Source: Octopus sinensis (lineage: Eukaryota). Taken from it: DNA of 15,902 bases. The notes below the pieces were generated by a model. The model searched no databases and was not told the origin of the DNA. It saw nothing but the letters and a program-made list of their open reading frames with translations. The position numbers and the translations under genes are program-made. The stretch spans positions 1-15,902 of the forward strand of contig NW_021825336.1 of NCBI RefSeq assembly GCF_006345805.1, read 5' to 3'. This document shows positions 1 to 9,506 of the stretch, piece by piece. Numbering within the stretch: the first letter of the stretch is position 1; each line of letters starts with the position of its first letter.

Positions 1-166
1 ATAGCAGGCCTGTTTTTTAATTGAAGCCAAACTTAAGAACAGCTGCAGTGCCTTTTAAAAAGCATAACACAGTCTAAAATAAACTTGGAAAGGTCAAAAA
101 AAAAGAAATGGTTGGTTGTTATATGGTTTTTCTAGTGTTATTCCTCTTTCTTCGACTCAATCATAA

Positions 167-436
167 ACACACACACACACACACCACACACACACACACA
201 CAATGACAGCAACAACACCATAAAGCTATAACTTGAAATTGTTTTTAACTTTCCAAACTTGTGACTCAAAGATAGAAAAGTAAAATAGACGGCGTGGAAG
301 GGATGGGGGGGATGAAGAATGAGGTGGGGAAAAGAGAAGAGAATGGGAAAAAAATTTTTTTTTAAAGAAAGGAAAAAATATTCTTATTTTGGGAAAGAAT
401 CTGTTCGAAATAAAAATGTCTAGAAAGAGGGAAAAA

Positions 437-491
<55 letters not shown>
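167..491. repeat. (CA)n at about 167-201 and (TA)n at about 437-491
   Basis: Directly visible dinucleotide runs. Confidence 0.95.
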
Positions 492-493
<2 letters not shown>

Positions 494-978
494 GAGTAAA
501 TGGAACATGTTTAATAGGAAAATATTAAAGAAGTACCACAACAGCTCCGACATTATCAACGGTCGGGTGGCAGTAATGGGGGTTGTGTAGCCCTAGGCAA
601 GCCAGCCTCCACCCTTCGCCCCACGAGACAAACAGGCGGCATTTTGATTGTAACCATAAAGGCTACCCAGTAAAAGTAGTGGGTTTTAAGGAAGTAGCGG
701 TACGCTGAAGTCCATTAGGACAATGTTGGTAAAAAAGGAGAGTAGACGCTTTAAGATACTTCCACCACTGCGAACTGATGTTCTTTCCTTCCAAAACGAC
801 AGTGGAATGTAATTTGAAAGAACTTCGTTGTTATTTCTAGCAAGTCGATTGTCTTTATATAGCACTGGTTCTCAAACACCCATTTTTTTTAACCTTTTTT
901 TTTAACCCTTTTGATCCGTATTTTATTTAATGAGACCTCTATAGCCATTTGCTGTATTCTTTTAATCTTTTATTTCTT

Positions 979-1092
979 TCAGGCATTTGACTGTGGCCAT
1001 GCTGGAGCACCGCCTTTTAGTCGAACAAATCGACCCTAGGACTTGTTCTTTGTAAGCCTAGTTACTTATTCTATCAGACCCTTTTGCCAAGA
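979..1092 (-). mobile_element. SINE family A, 3' fragment only
   Basis: catttgactgtggccatgctggagcaccgccttttagtcga... matches 4340-4445 of the full-length copy and is the reverse complement of about 3730-3830. Confidence 0.85.
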
Positions 1093-1109
1093 GATCCCTG
1101 AAGACTGTT

Positions 1110-1330
1110 GTAATAATATCGATTTCGGATTTTGGGACAAGGCCAGCAAATCCAGGGGAGGGGTAAGTCGATTACATAGACTCCAATGCTCAAGTGTTAT
1201 TTTTATCGACCCTGAAGGATGAAAGGCGAAGTCGACCTCGGTGGAATTTGAACTCAGAACGTAAAGACGGATGAAATGCTGTTAAGCATTTTCACCAGCA
1301 TGGTAACGATTCTGCCAGCCCACCACCCTG
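1110..1330 (-). mobile_element. SINE family B, near full-length, diverged
   Basis: Shares the core gtcgacctcggtggaatttgaactcagaacgt and ggatgaaaggc with eight other units in the window. On the minus strand it has B-box GAGTTCAAATTCC and A-box-like TGGCAGAATCG. Confidence 0.85.
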
Positions 1331-1354
1331 AACCCTTCATAATAATATTAACCA

Positions 1355-1722
1355 GGAGGCGCAATGGCCCAGTGGTTAGGGCAGCGGACTCGCGGTTTCG
1401 ATTCCCAGACCAGGCGTTGTGAGTGTTTATTGAGCGAAAACACCTAAAGCTCCACGAGGCTCCGGCAGGGGATGGTGGTGAACCCTGCTGTACTCTTTCA
1501 CCACAACTTTCTCTCGCTCTTTCTTCCTGTTTCTCTTGTACCCGTATTTCAAAGGGGCCAGCCTTGTCACACTCTGTGTCACGCTGAATATCCCCGAGAA
1601 CTACGTTAAGAGTACACGTGTCTGTGGAGTGCTCAGCCACTTACACGTTAATTTCACGAGCAGGCTGTTCCGTTGATCGTATCAGCTGGGAACCTCATCG
1701 TCGCAACCGACGGAGTGCTCCT
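1355..1722 (+). mobile_element. tRNA-derived SINE family C (possibly OR1/OR2-like octopus SINE)
   Basis: Head GGAGGCGCAATGGCCCAGTGGTTAGGGCAGCGGAC with A-box TGGCCCAGTGG and B-box GTTTCGATTCC. The first ~200 nt are homologous to the inverted copy at 5805-6103. The family name is an inference. Confidence 0.85.
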
Positions 1723-1744
1723 ATCTATCTATAAATATAAACCA

Positions 1745-1775
1745 GAACAACAACAACAACAACAGCAATAATAAA
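1745..1775. repeat. (CAA)n tract just inside the intron downstream of the FUT8 exon donor
   Basis: aacaacaacaacaacaacaacagcaataata. Confidence 0.9.
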
Positions 1776-1794
1776 GTATCAACAAGGTACTCAC

Positions 1795-2032
1795 GTCCCC
1801 AAGTCCGGATGGAGTTTCCACTACGATCTGTGCAGCTATCACTGACAGGTTGGAAGACAGTCTCCCAGCCGCGTGTGGCGTAGCGCCAACCTTTCGATTC
1901 CAGCACCAAAGTTCGCTTGGTTGCGTAGGCCACGATTAGACAGTAGGTCACGTGATGTAATTGGCATCCATAACCACAGCCTTTGCTCAAGTTGCAGACT
2001 AACTTTTTAGCAGTTTTGCAATTGCGGGGATT
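1795..2032 (-). CDS. FUT8: Internal coding exon (238 nt, phase 0 start, phase 1 end) of alpha-(1,6)-fucosyltransferase, core fucosyltransferase family GT23
   Basis: Translates [79 protein letters not shown]. This aligns without gaps to human FUT8 [72 protein letters not shown] (recalled from memory). Acceptor TTTATTTTCAG|AAT at 2033/2032; donor GGAC|GTGAGT at 1795/1794. The ATG-started 111-aa ORF in the track runs into intron on both sides. Confidence 0.96.
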
Positions 2033-2054
2033 CTGAAAATAAATAAATAAAAAC

Positions 2055-2055
<1 letters not shown>

Positions 2056-2090
<35 letters not shown>

Positions 2091-2160
2091 TAATGATAAT
2101 AATAATAATAATAATAATAACAACAATAACAATAATAATAACAATAATAATAATAATAAT
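2056..2160. repeat. (AAT)n microsatellite of about 105 nt with AAC/GAT interruptions, next to the FUT8 splice acceptor
   Basis: Directly visible. Confidence 0.95.
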
Positions 2161-2548
2161 AAGGCGAAAGAATTTGACAAGCTCAGAAAATATAAAGACT
2201 TGCCCATTGAGGCGGTTACAATACCAGTGCTCGTAGGAGCACTAGGAATGATCAAGAAGGGAACCGAAAATTATATCAGAATGATCCCTGGCTTACCATC
2301 CCTGCAAGAAGTGCAAAAGATTGTCTTAACTGGTACATCACACGTATTGAGAAGAGCATTGTCGATGTGAGAACTATTACTACCCATGTATTTTAATTTA
2401 ACTTTATTCCTATAAAAAAAAATGAACGAACTAGTGAGTTTAGTTTAATGGCCTACCAATGTATACAATGAGTTTCTTTGCCCTGGGAGTCGGGAAGACA
2501 CTTGGCAAGAAATGGAAGCAAATTTGAAAGAAGAAGAAAAACCCATAA
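2161..2548 (+). mobile_element. 5'-truncated non-LTR retrotransposon 3' end with restriction-like endonuclease C-terminus, R4/Dong-like
   Basis: Stop-free frame 2161-2370: [69 protein letters not shown]. It has the K..KY-DL, PV-VGALG and QK..L.GT..LR motifs typical of RLE-type LINE C-termini. A 3' UTR follows, and (AAT)n lies on both sides, the known target of Dong/R4 elements. Confidence 0.85.
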
Positions 2549-2733
2549 ATAATAATAATAATAATGGCTTCAAATTTTGCCACAAGGGCAGCAGTTTTGG
2601 GGGGAGGGAATGAGTCGATTATATCGACCCTAGTGTTCAACTGGTACATATTTTTATCGAATCCAAAAGGACGAAAGGCAAAGTCGACCTCGGTGGAATT
2701 TGAACTCAGAACGGAGCGATGGGCAAAACACCG

Positions 2734-2738
<5 letters not shown>
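2549..2738 (-). mobile_element. SINE family B, 5'-truncated, with (ATT)n tail
   Basis: Family B core at 2615-2715; tail cttcaaattttgccacaagggcagc ending in (AAT)n. Confidence 0.85.
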
Positions 2739-2769
<31 letters not shown>

Positions 2770-3443
2770 ACCACACCGTAGAAAATGAATCACTGATAAA
2801 CAAATAATAGAACATATGGGGGAAAATAAGTTTCGTTTTGGGACCTGCTAAGTTGTGTTGAAGATTCAATGGGCATAATGGATGGCCGCGGGGTCATACT
2901 TTTGTAGTACTAGCAGAATCTTTCAGTGATCGCTGACCCATGTTACCAGAGATCAATTCGTGTAAAAAAAAACGTGACTCGGTTCGCAATTTGTGCACCG
3001 TGTTATTCTCAGATCAGTGATAAATAAATCAGTGATAAACAAGTATGCATGTGTAAGTCTTATTTTTATTGAAGAAAATATACAACTCATCGTTGTCTGT
3101 TGCCAGGAACTTGTTTAATATGTATATTGGTGTATTGGTTGTGTTAACACGGCTAAAACTAGTGGGGTATTTAAGCAAAGTGTTCGTGGATGGTTAATAA
3201 GTTGATGTGCTCTGATGACAGAATAACTCTCGAAATATGTATATACATCTGTTACTTATTTTTTTCTATCTTTGATCACATTGTTTCCATATACGGATTC
3301 ATTTGCGAAACATTGTAAATTTCAGAGCTGGCTCTAAATTCTACGGAAAATTTATAGAGAAAAGCTAAGACAGACGATTGCTTTCTTCTTTGGAAAATCG
3401 TTTGGATCTTTTCGGTTTCACAGTCCAGATCCAAACTTTTTTG

Positions 3444-3852
3444 GGAGTGGCTGTGTGGTAAGTAGCTTGCTAACCAACCACATGGTTCCGGGTTCAGTCC
3501 CACTGCGTGGCATCTTGGGCAAGTGTCTTCTGCTATAGCTCCGGGCCGACCAAAGCCTTGTGAGTGGATTTGGTAGACGGAAACTGAAAGAAGCCTGTCG
3601 TATATATGTATATATATATATATATAAGTGTGTGTGTACGTGTTTGTGTGTCTGTGTTTGTCCCCCCTAGCATTGCTTGACAACCGATGCTGGTGTGTTT
3701 ACGTCCCCGTCACTTAGCGGTTCGGCAAAAGAGACCCGATAGAATAAGTACTGGGCTTACTAAAGAATAAGTCCCGGGGTCGATTTGCTCGACTAAAGGC
3801 GGTGCTCCAGCATGGCCGCAGTCAAATGACTGAAACAAGTAAAAGAGTAGAG
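3444..3852 (+). mobile_element. tRNA-derived SINE family A, full-length
   Basis: Head GGAGTGGCTGTGTGGTAAGTAGCTTGC...GGGTTCAGTCCCACTG (A/B boxes), internal (AT)/(GT) tract and AAAAGAGT-type tail. Near-identical to the inverted copy at 4305-4715. Confidence 0.92.
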
Positions 3853-3857
3853 TGGTG

Positions 3858-3932
3858 AAGGCGTGGGTGTGTGGTCAAGATGCTTGCTTTCCAACCACAT
3901 GGGCCGCAGTTCAGTCCCACTGCATGGCACTT
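3858..3932 (+). mobile_element. SINE family A, head-only diverged fragment
   Basis: ggcgtgggtgtgtggtcaagatgcttgctttccaaccacatgg...gttcagtcccactgcatggcactt parallels 3444-3515. Confidence 0.75.
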
Positions 3933-4024
3933 TACAAAAATTACTCGAGGAAACAACTGGAAGGGTTGAGCATATTTCTTTGATCTCAGTAACACAAACT
4001 ATTTGAGTGATAATAATTAGTATC

Positions 4025-4057
<33 letters not shown>

Positions 4058-4304
4058 AGAAAAGAGAGAAAGCGAAAGAGAGAGAGAGAGAGAAACCGAC
4101 CTCCGCAAGCACGAAGCAGGTCGTTGACATTCAGGATTAAAAAAGAAATCGTCTTTAAAAGCATTGATATTTTCTAGCAATCTTGGGAAATATACGAGGG
4201 CGGAATAAACATGAACACACACACATATATATATGCACATACACACACATATATGAACATATACATATTCATACATATATACACATACACAAACAATTAT
4301 ATAT

Positions 4305-4715
4305 ACTCTTTACTCTTTTTACTCTTTTACTTGTTTCAGTCATTTGACTGCGGCCATGCTGGAGCACCGCCTTTAGTCGAGCAACTCGACCCCGGGACTT
4401 AGTCTTTGTAAGCCCAGTACTTATTCTATCGGTCTCTTTTGCCGAACCGCTAAGTGACGGGGACGTAAACACACCAGCATCGGTTGTCAAGCAATGCTAG
4501 GGGGACAAACACAGACACACAAACACACACACGCATACATATACATATATACGACAGGCTTCTTTCAGTTTCCGTCTACCAAATCCACTCACAAGGCATT
4601 GGTTGGCCTGAGGCTATAGTAGAAGACACTTGCCCAAGATGCCACGCAGTGGGACTGAACCCGAGACCATGTGGTTGGTAAGCAAGCTACTTACCACACA
4701 GCCACTCCTGCGCCT
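4305..4715 (-). mobile_element. tRNA-derived SINE family A, full-length
   Basis: Reverse complement begins AGGCGCAGGAGTGGCTGTGTGGTAAG and ends in (AAAAGAGT)n. About 95% identical by eye to 3444-3852. Confidence 0.92.
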
Positions 4716-4719
4716 ATTT

Positions 4720-4963
4720 CATCATCATCATCATCGTTTAGCGTCCGCTTTCCATGCTAGCATGGGTTGGACGGTTCAACTGGGTCTGGGAAGCCAGAAG
4801 GCTGCACCAGGCCCAGTTTGATCTGGCAATGTTTCTACGGCTGGATGCCCTTCCTAACGCCAACCACTCCATGAGTGTAGTGGGTGCTTTTTATGTGCCA
4901 CCGGCACGGGGGCCAGGCGAGGCTGGCAACGGCCACGAACGGATGGTGCTTTTTACGTGCCAC
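4720..4963 (-). mobile_element. Retroposon 3' portion (RTE-type tail) ending in (GAT)n
   Basis: Minus strand: GGTTGGCGTTAGGAAGGGCATCCAGCC ... AACCCATGCTAGCATGGAAAGCGGACGCTAAACGATGATGATGAT. It contains an internal duplication of GTGGCAC(G/A)TAAAAAGCACC. The RTE affinity is an inference from the 3' hairpin plus tandem tail. Confidence 0.65.
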
Positions 4964-5422
4964 TTGTGTGCATATATATATATGTGATTGTGTGTGTGTG
5001 TATCTCTTTTGCAATAATGAAGCTCATATAAGTAAACAATGATGCATTGCTAAGACAGTGGAATGTTGGAATATTCCTTGCAGCAAGAGCAGCAAACGTA
5101 GAAATGTCACTGCTACAGACTTTCAGCGAATGTCACATAATTTCCACCTGTTTTGGCAACAACCAATCAAATACAGACTTCTTCCTTGCGAACAAGAAAC
5201 CTCGCAACTTGCAATTCTTTAAACAAATTTTTGCTGCTTTTTATTTTATAGCCGACGAAGTCTGTTAATGTGTGCCGAAGAGTTGAGAAGTTTTACTTGG
5301 CAATCCACGAAGGAGCCGGGTTCAATCCTGCTGAGTAGTGACGCACATTTTAATAAATGCTTTCTATCATATTTATAGCCTTGGAGAGACCCCCACCCCA
5401 AACACCGTAAGTGTAAAATAAC

Positions 5423-5460
5423 AGGCGCAGGCGTGGCTGCGTGGTAAGAAGTTTGCTTCT
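5423..5460 (+). mobile_element. SINE family A, extreme 5' head fragment
   Basis: caggcgcaggcgtggctgcgtggtaagaagtttgctt matches the head at 4680-4715 (reverse complement). Confidence 0.7.
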
Positions 5461-5804
5461 GATCCACTACATTGGGTGGGGTGGTACAATTTTTCAGCAG
5501 GTCAACACTATTCAATCCATCCTTTTTTTCTTCTTATTCAGACAATATGTGACTTGAAGAAAATTTAGTGTTATTTCAAGCAAGGTGGAGCGACCATGAA
5601 AAAGCACCATTTCATTCTTTTCAGAAATCTTCTGCATAACATCACTCGAGTATATTAAACATTTTATGAAACGAAGCATTTCTTACAAATAGAAAATAAT
5701 TACATTGGTCTGAGATTATGAGGTGGTGGTTCATGAGGTGCAGTGTGAGAATGATGATAATAGTGGAACAGGGGTGCAGTAGTGGTAATGTATGGAGAGT
5801 TATT

Positions 5805-6103
5805 GTTGTTTGTTCCTTCTCGAGCCATTCCTGGCTCATAAGGGCCGTTTTTTTGGCGTATAGGTTCCCCACCTGGACGGGATGCAGGTCTGTCGCAGGT
5901 GAGCTGCAAGATGCAGGAGGAAAGAGTGAGAGAAAGTTGTGGCGAAAGAGTCAGCAGAAGTTCTGCCATTACCTTCTGCCGGAGCCGCGTGAAGCTTAGG
6001 TGTTTCGCTCATAGACACACATACATCGCCCGGTCTGAGATTCGTACCCGCGATCCCTCGACCGCAAGTCCGCCGCTCTAACCACTAGGCCGTGTGCCTC
6101 CAC
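5805..6103 (-). mobile_element. tRNA-derived SINE family C with an alternative 3' tail
   Basis: Minus strand GGAGGCACACGGCCTAGTGGTTAGAGCGGCGGACTTGCGGTCGAGGGATCGCGGGTACGAATCTC. Homologous to 1355-1530, then diverges to a different tail ending in AACAACAATAAC. Confidence 0.85.
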
Positions 6104-6349
6104 TAATGTACAGAGAGACAAAAAAGAAAAATATGATGCAGTTACTCGTTTAATTCTGATTGAAGGGCGTATAGTCCCACCTGTTTACCTCAGTTTAAAT
6201 ATACCCCTTTACAGTAATATATGCGTAGATAAACAGAGAATCACACACAAACATGCAGGTGCACGAAAATGTGCATACACACACAGACGTTTCTCCTCAC
6301 CCATACACACGTTTTATTACACACTACCTCATTTGCTCTTCCATGCTTT

Positions 6350-6376
6350 CTCTCTATATATATATGTATGTATGTC

Positions 6377-6409
<33 letters not shown>

Positions 6410-6440
6410 TGTATGTAGTATGTATATGTATGTATGTGTG

Positions 6441-6526
<86 letters not shown>

Positions 6527-6566
6527 GTGTGTATATAGATATAAGATATATATATGTATATATATG

Positions 6567-6612
<46 letters not shown>

Positions 6613-6659
6613 GTGTGTATATATATATATTATAGATAATATTGTATATATATGTGTGT

Positions 6660-6700
<41 letters not shown>

Positions 6701-6790
6701 GTATATATATAACGTAAAGGAAGATATATTATTCTCTATTCTCCTTTCTGAGGTCTTGATTACATATACAATATATATATATATATAATG
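6350..6790. repeat. Compound (AT)n/(ATGT)n microsatellite block
   Basis: Directly visible; source of the IY/VCM pseudo-ORFs. Confidence 0.95.
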
Positions 6791-7129
6791 TTTCAGTCAT
6801 AGCACTGCGGTCATGCTGGAGCTCTGTGTGTTTGTGTGTGTATTTGTACACACGTACACACACGCGTGTATGCCCACGTAATACAAACATATTCTAATCC
6901 GTATGTGATAAAAAAAAACACATAAACATAGCCATAAACACACACAAACACAAGACGTTTGAAACAACGGGCTTTTACACAACAAGTTCTTTGGAAGAGG
7001 AAGAAAAATTTACATATCTGGATTATTCTAAGCATGCAAGGACATCAGCTGCTGTTGGTTGTTTATCGTTTGTTATCAACCATAAACTAATGTCATTACC
7101 GCACAGAGATACGCGCACATGTGATTAAG

Positions 7130-7149
7130 GGCGTGCGTGTGTGTGCATT

Positions 7150-7180
<31 letters not shown>

Positions 7181-7737
7181 CTGTATTATGTGCATTTGCC
7201 TTATTTGGTCTGAGAATATTGTTTGTATTAGGCGGTTATATGCGTACGTGCGTGAGCATAAAAATGTATGTCTGTGTGTGTGAATGAATGTGTGTGTGTG
7301 TTATGTGTATGTATGTGTGTGTACATATGTGTGTGTACGTGCATATGAAATGGATGTGTGTGTGAATTAATGTGTATGTGTGCACAAGCATATAAAATGT
7401 AGGTTTGTATGTGAATGATTGTGTATGTATGTATGTATGTGTGCACGTGCATATGAAATGTGTCTGTGTGTGTGAATGAATGTATGTATGTGTGCCTATG
7501 AAATGCGTGTCTGTGTGTGTAAATGAATGTGTATGTAAATGTGTGTGTGCACAAGCACAAGCATATAAAATGTATGTCTGTATGTGAATGTGTATGTATG
7601 TTCGTATGTATGTATGTGTGCACGAGCATATAAACTGTATGTGTGTGTATGTATGTGTGCACGAGCATGTGAAATGTGTGTTTGTGTGTGTGAATGAATG
7701 TGTATGTGTGCATGTAACGATATATATGTGCACAAGC

Positions 7738-7777
<40 letters not shown>
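7130..7777. repeat. TG-rich degenerate minisatellite with recurring GCATAT(A/G)AAATG and GTGTGAATG anchors
   Basis: About 9 anchor motifs spaced 40-70 nt apart in (TG)/(TATG) filler. Confidence 0.85.
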
Positions 7778-7778
<1 letters not shown>

Positions 7779-8142
7779 TAACTATCGGATAATACCAAGT
7801 TTGTCAAAGTTCAGCGGAGTGTATGTAATATCAGCGACGTTATCAGACCACAGGGAGGAAAAAAAAATAATAAAAGGGAGATATCTCCAAGCGATATCAA
7901 CCAATAACCAACAGGAGGAAGGATGTCAGTCGAAGATTTAGCTTCCAGAGAGATAGAATTCCACCTACCAACACCACCGCTGAGCACCACCACCGCTTCT
8001 CTCTCTCTTTCTCTTCTCTCTGATCCTTCTTGAATTTTCCAGAGATAAAACACGAAGCTCCAAGAACGTAGAGAATGGTTGAAGGTTTTTCCTTTTTTCT
8101 TTTTAAATCTAATGTGACTTCTCTTTTATTTTTACCAAAGAG

Positions 8143-8520
8143 GATGATGGTGATGATGGTGGTGGTGGTGCTCAGGGTGACGAGAAATACAGCGGCAGCG
8201 ACGATAATGACGATTACAATGATTGGGGTAGTGGTGGTAGTAGTATTAGTAGTAGTAGTGGTGGTGGTTGTGGTGGCGATGGTAGTAGTCGTGGTCTTAG
8301 CAATGGTGGTGGTGGTGGTAGTAGTAGTGGTGGTGATGGTAATAGTAGTGATAGTGATGATAGTAGTAGCCGTGGTCTTAGCAATGGTAGTGGTGGTGGT
8401 AGTAGTAGTGGTGGTAATAGTAGTGTTGGTGGTAGTAGTAGTAGTGATGATGGTAGTAGTCGAGGTCTTAGCAGTGGTAGTGGTGATGGCGGTAAATGAT
8501 GAGGATGATGGTGACGAGCG
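8143..8520. repeat. Compound GGT/AGT/GAT trinucleotide tract with three copies of CG(T/A)GGTCTTAGCA(A/G)TGGT
   Basis: Motif at 8290, 8371 and 8461 (periods 81 and 90 nt). Confidence 0.9.
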
Positions 8521-8610
8521 TGAGCAATGAAATTGTTTTGTTTTTGTTTTTAAACACGTGCAAGGGACCCTTGTGAAATCGGTCCCAGGATCTGATTCAT
8601 TTTTTTAATC

Positions 8611-8760
8611 TCTTTCACTTGTTTTAGTCATTAGATCGCGGCCATGCTGGGGCACCACCTTGAAGAATGTTTAGTCTAAACGAATTGACTCCAGTACTTA
8701 TTTATATTTTAAGTCTGGCACTCATTCTATCGATATCTCTTGCTGAACCGCTACGTTAGT
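8611..8760 (-). mobile_element. SINE family A, old diverged 3' fragment
   Basis: cacttgttttagtcattagatcgcggccatgctggggcaccacc...gaaccgctacgtta parallels 4325-4455. Confidence 0.7.
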
Positions 8761-8914
8761 TATTTTATCAAAATTACAACGCAATGACAGCAGTTGGAGT
8801 GGAGAGGCATCACTCAATGAAATCCACTCCAATTAATTATCGATCTTAGACGAAACGAAAATGCAGAAAAGTCATTTGTTCGATGTGCTAACGATTACAG
8901 AAGGCCATCGATTT

Positions 8915-9292
8915 TGAGAGGAAGAGATTAGCTGATACCATCGATTTGCGGTACTTGACCGGTACTTTATTTTATCGACCTCGGAAGGATGAAAAGCGAA
9001 GCTGACCCCAGCGAGACTTGAATCCAGGAAGTAAAGCGTCTAAAGAAATACCTATTTCTTTACTACCCACAAGGGGTTAAACACAGAGGGGACAAACAAG
9101 GACAGACAAACGGAATAAGTCGATTACATCGACGCCAGTGCGTAACTGGTACTTAATTTATCGACCCCGAAAGGATGAAAGGCAAAGTCGACCTCGGCGG
9201 AATTTGAACTCAGAACGTAACGGCAGACGAAATACTAAGAAATACTGCAAAGCATTTTGTCGGTGCTCTTACGATTCTGTTAACCCACCGCC
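8915..9292 (-). mobile_element. Nested SINE family B: diverged host (about 8915-9051 and 9236-9292) interrupted by a less diverged head-less unit (9052-9235)
   Basis: The inner unit matches the other B copies closely while the flanks are much more diverged. TAAAGAAATAC (9041-9051) and TAAGAAATAC (9236-9245) bracket the inner unit. Confidence 0.75.
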
Positions 9293-9311
9293 CTGCTGTT
9301 GTTGCTGTAAA

Positions 9312-9506
9312 CAAGCCAGTAATTGCGGGGATGGGGTTATGTCGATTACATCGACTCGACACCCCGGGGATCAACTGGTACTTATTTTATCGATCCGAAA
9401 AAATGAAAGACAACGTGACTCATTGACCTCGACGGCATTTGAACTCAGAACGTAAAGTCGGAAGAAATGCTACTCAGCATTTTATCCGGTGTGCTAATCC
9501 ACCGCC
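9312..9506 (-). mobile_element. SINE family B, diverged near full-length
   Basis: gtcgattacatcgac...caactggtacttattttatcgat...gacctcgacggcatttgaactcagaacgtaaag...ccaccgcc. Confidence 0.8.

Noticed and set aside
540-860. Possible next FUT8 exon (expected HGDPxVWW motif)
   Set aside because: The minus-strand frames I translated show no such motif or matching splice sites.
864-880. CACTGGTTCTCAAAC, resembling a hAT-Charlie terminal repeat
   Set aside because: No partner inverted repeat or TSD was found.
1355-1405. tRNA genes at SINE heads (also 3444, about 4650-4715, about 6030-6103, about 12540-12625)
   Set aside because: A/B boxes are present but there is no complete cloverleaf, and each head continues into a shared repeat body.
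3400-3442. 10-bp hairpin GTTTGGATCT/AGATCCAAAC followed by a T run (terminator-like)
   Set aside because: Intrinsic terminators are not expected in a metazoan intron, it is not a histone stem-loop, and it may be chance.
1254-6081. ORFs overlapping SINE copies (1254-1640, 3276-3683, 4484-4681, 5700-6081 and others)
   Set aside because: They lie within repeat copies and their frames are not preserved between copies.
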